Positions 62,699-64,000 of a stretch of DNA of 64,000 bases are shown here, piece after piece. The stretch comes from Octopus vulgaris (lineage: Eukaryota). The position numbers and the translations under genes are program-made. The notes below the pieces were generated by a model that made no database searches, was not told where the DNA came from, and worked only from the letters and a program-made list of their open reading frames with translations. The DNA lies in NCBI GenBank assembly GCA_951406725.2, contig OX597824.1:4712001-4776000 (forward strand), read 5' to 3'. Numbering within the stretch: position 1 is the stretch's first letter; each line of letters opens with the position of its first letter.

Positions 62699-63711
62699 AT
62701 CTGCCAGCTGTTTCAGCCACTTGTACCTCAATATGTGGAATCAGGGATAAAGTTAAACTCAGTTGCATAAACCTCAATTAATTCTTTGACAGTCACAATG
62801 ATAATATTATTTTACTGGTTTCACACATTGGACTGTTGCTAGAGTGGAGCTTTGAAGTTTTAACTTATTATGTCTTTGACTGGCAATTATGGACAGTGAC
62901 CATCCATCCAATGCATGCCAACATGGAAATGAATGATGACAATAACAGCAATGATGTGTGTGTATGAGGAGGAGAATGGAAAATGATTTGCTACGGGGGT
63001 TTAAAGGATGTAATATCTTAATAGCAAAATGAAAAGTTGCAAGTACAACATTATTTTCTCAAATATATATATATGTGTGTGTGTGTGTGTGAATGCATAT
63101 GTCGGTGCTATTTAGTAGACATAAGAACAGCAACTGGTCAAATCTATGAAAGAATCAAACTGTTGTCCAAAGAGCTGATGGCTTATGGTTTATATTCTGT
63201 CATCATCTCTGAACTGTGTTTGTGCTTACGACACCAAACGATCATTGGCTTAATTCAGCTGGCTGTACTTCAGTAACCAAATCAAGCTCAATCTTTGTTA
63301 TAAAGAGCAAGAGCACTATATAATTAATGATTATTTCATTAACTTCATTACCCAAGTCCAAGCCCTTATAAGGATCTGACTGATGATGAAAGCATTCACA
63401 CAGGAGCCCAACAGACTAAAGTTGAGCATATCTGAATGTGTATTTCCATATAAACTGATTTTTACCATTTTAAACATTTTTGATAGTTAATGTTCTACTT
63501 AAGCTTGTTAAATTAATGAAGCTTATACAGCTTCAGATCTATGGTTACGGTAAATACAAAAATGAAGATACTTCATCTAAAAACAGATCAGGTTTCACAA
63601 TAATTTGGAAGAATCGAAAAATGAAAACACCCCAATGGTTTTTCTTTCGTTAATTCTTTTCATTTGTTTATGTATAGGTATATATATATCAGAGTGTGTA
63701 TTTAAATATAT

Positions 63712-63749
<38 letters not shown>

Positions 63750-63752
<3 letters not shown>

Positions 63753-64000
63753 TTATCATTATTTAACATCTGTTGTCCATTCTGGCATGGGTTGGACAGT
63801 TTGACCAGGGCTGCACCGGACTCCAGTCTGGTTTGGCACGGTTTTCTATGGTTGCATGCCCTTCCAAATGCCAACCACTCTGAGAGTGTAATGTGTGTTT
63901 TTACATGCCACCAACATGGGTGCCATTTGCATAACACCAGTATCTGCCACGACTGCAATTTTGCTCAGTTTGACGGGTCTTCTTGTCAAGCACAGTATAA
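63750..64000 (-). mobile_element. RTE LINE 3' UTR fragment (runs off the window end)
   Basis: tttaacatctgttgtcca..ggcatgggttggacagtttgacc..gcccttccaaatgccaaccactc. Confidence 0.8.

Overview
AT-rich, repeat-saturated animal genomic DNA with no complete protein-coding gene. The repeat families suggest a coleoid cephalopod, probably Octopus; this is an inference from pattern recognition, not a database result. Most ORFs in the track are translations of microsatellites or repeats. The window holds about 30 copies of three tRNA-derived SINE families (called A, C and D here) and about 10 3' fragments of an RTE-clade LINE ending in (GAT)n. It also holds several R4/Dong-type (RLE) LINE remnants and at least four degraded Penelope-like elements (PLEs, RT plus GIY-YIG). 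One PLE (about 5.4-10.4 kb, minus strand) has ~400-bp inverted terminal repeats. The most interesting signals are two short non-coding repeats with PLE-style minimal hammerhead ribozyme motifs. One is a tRNA-headed SINE with a hammerhead tail and a head-to-head inverted tRNA head (31.8-32.1 kb). The other is a repeat present twice (4.1 and 32.4 kb) whose hammerhead core carries the compensatory U3-A8 change. A few plus-strand splice-site-bounded segments may be small exons of an unidentified host gene (low confidence). Repeat boundaries were read by eye and are approximate unless fixed by a target-site duplication (TSD).
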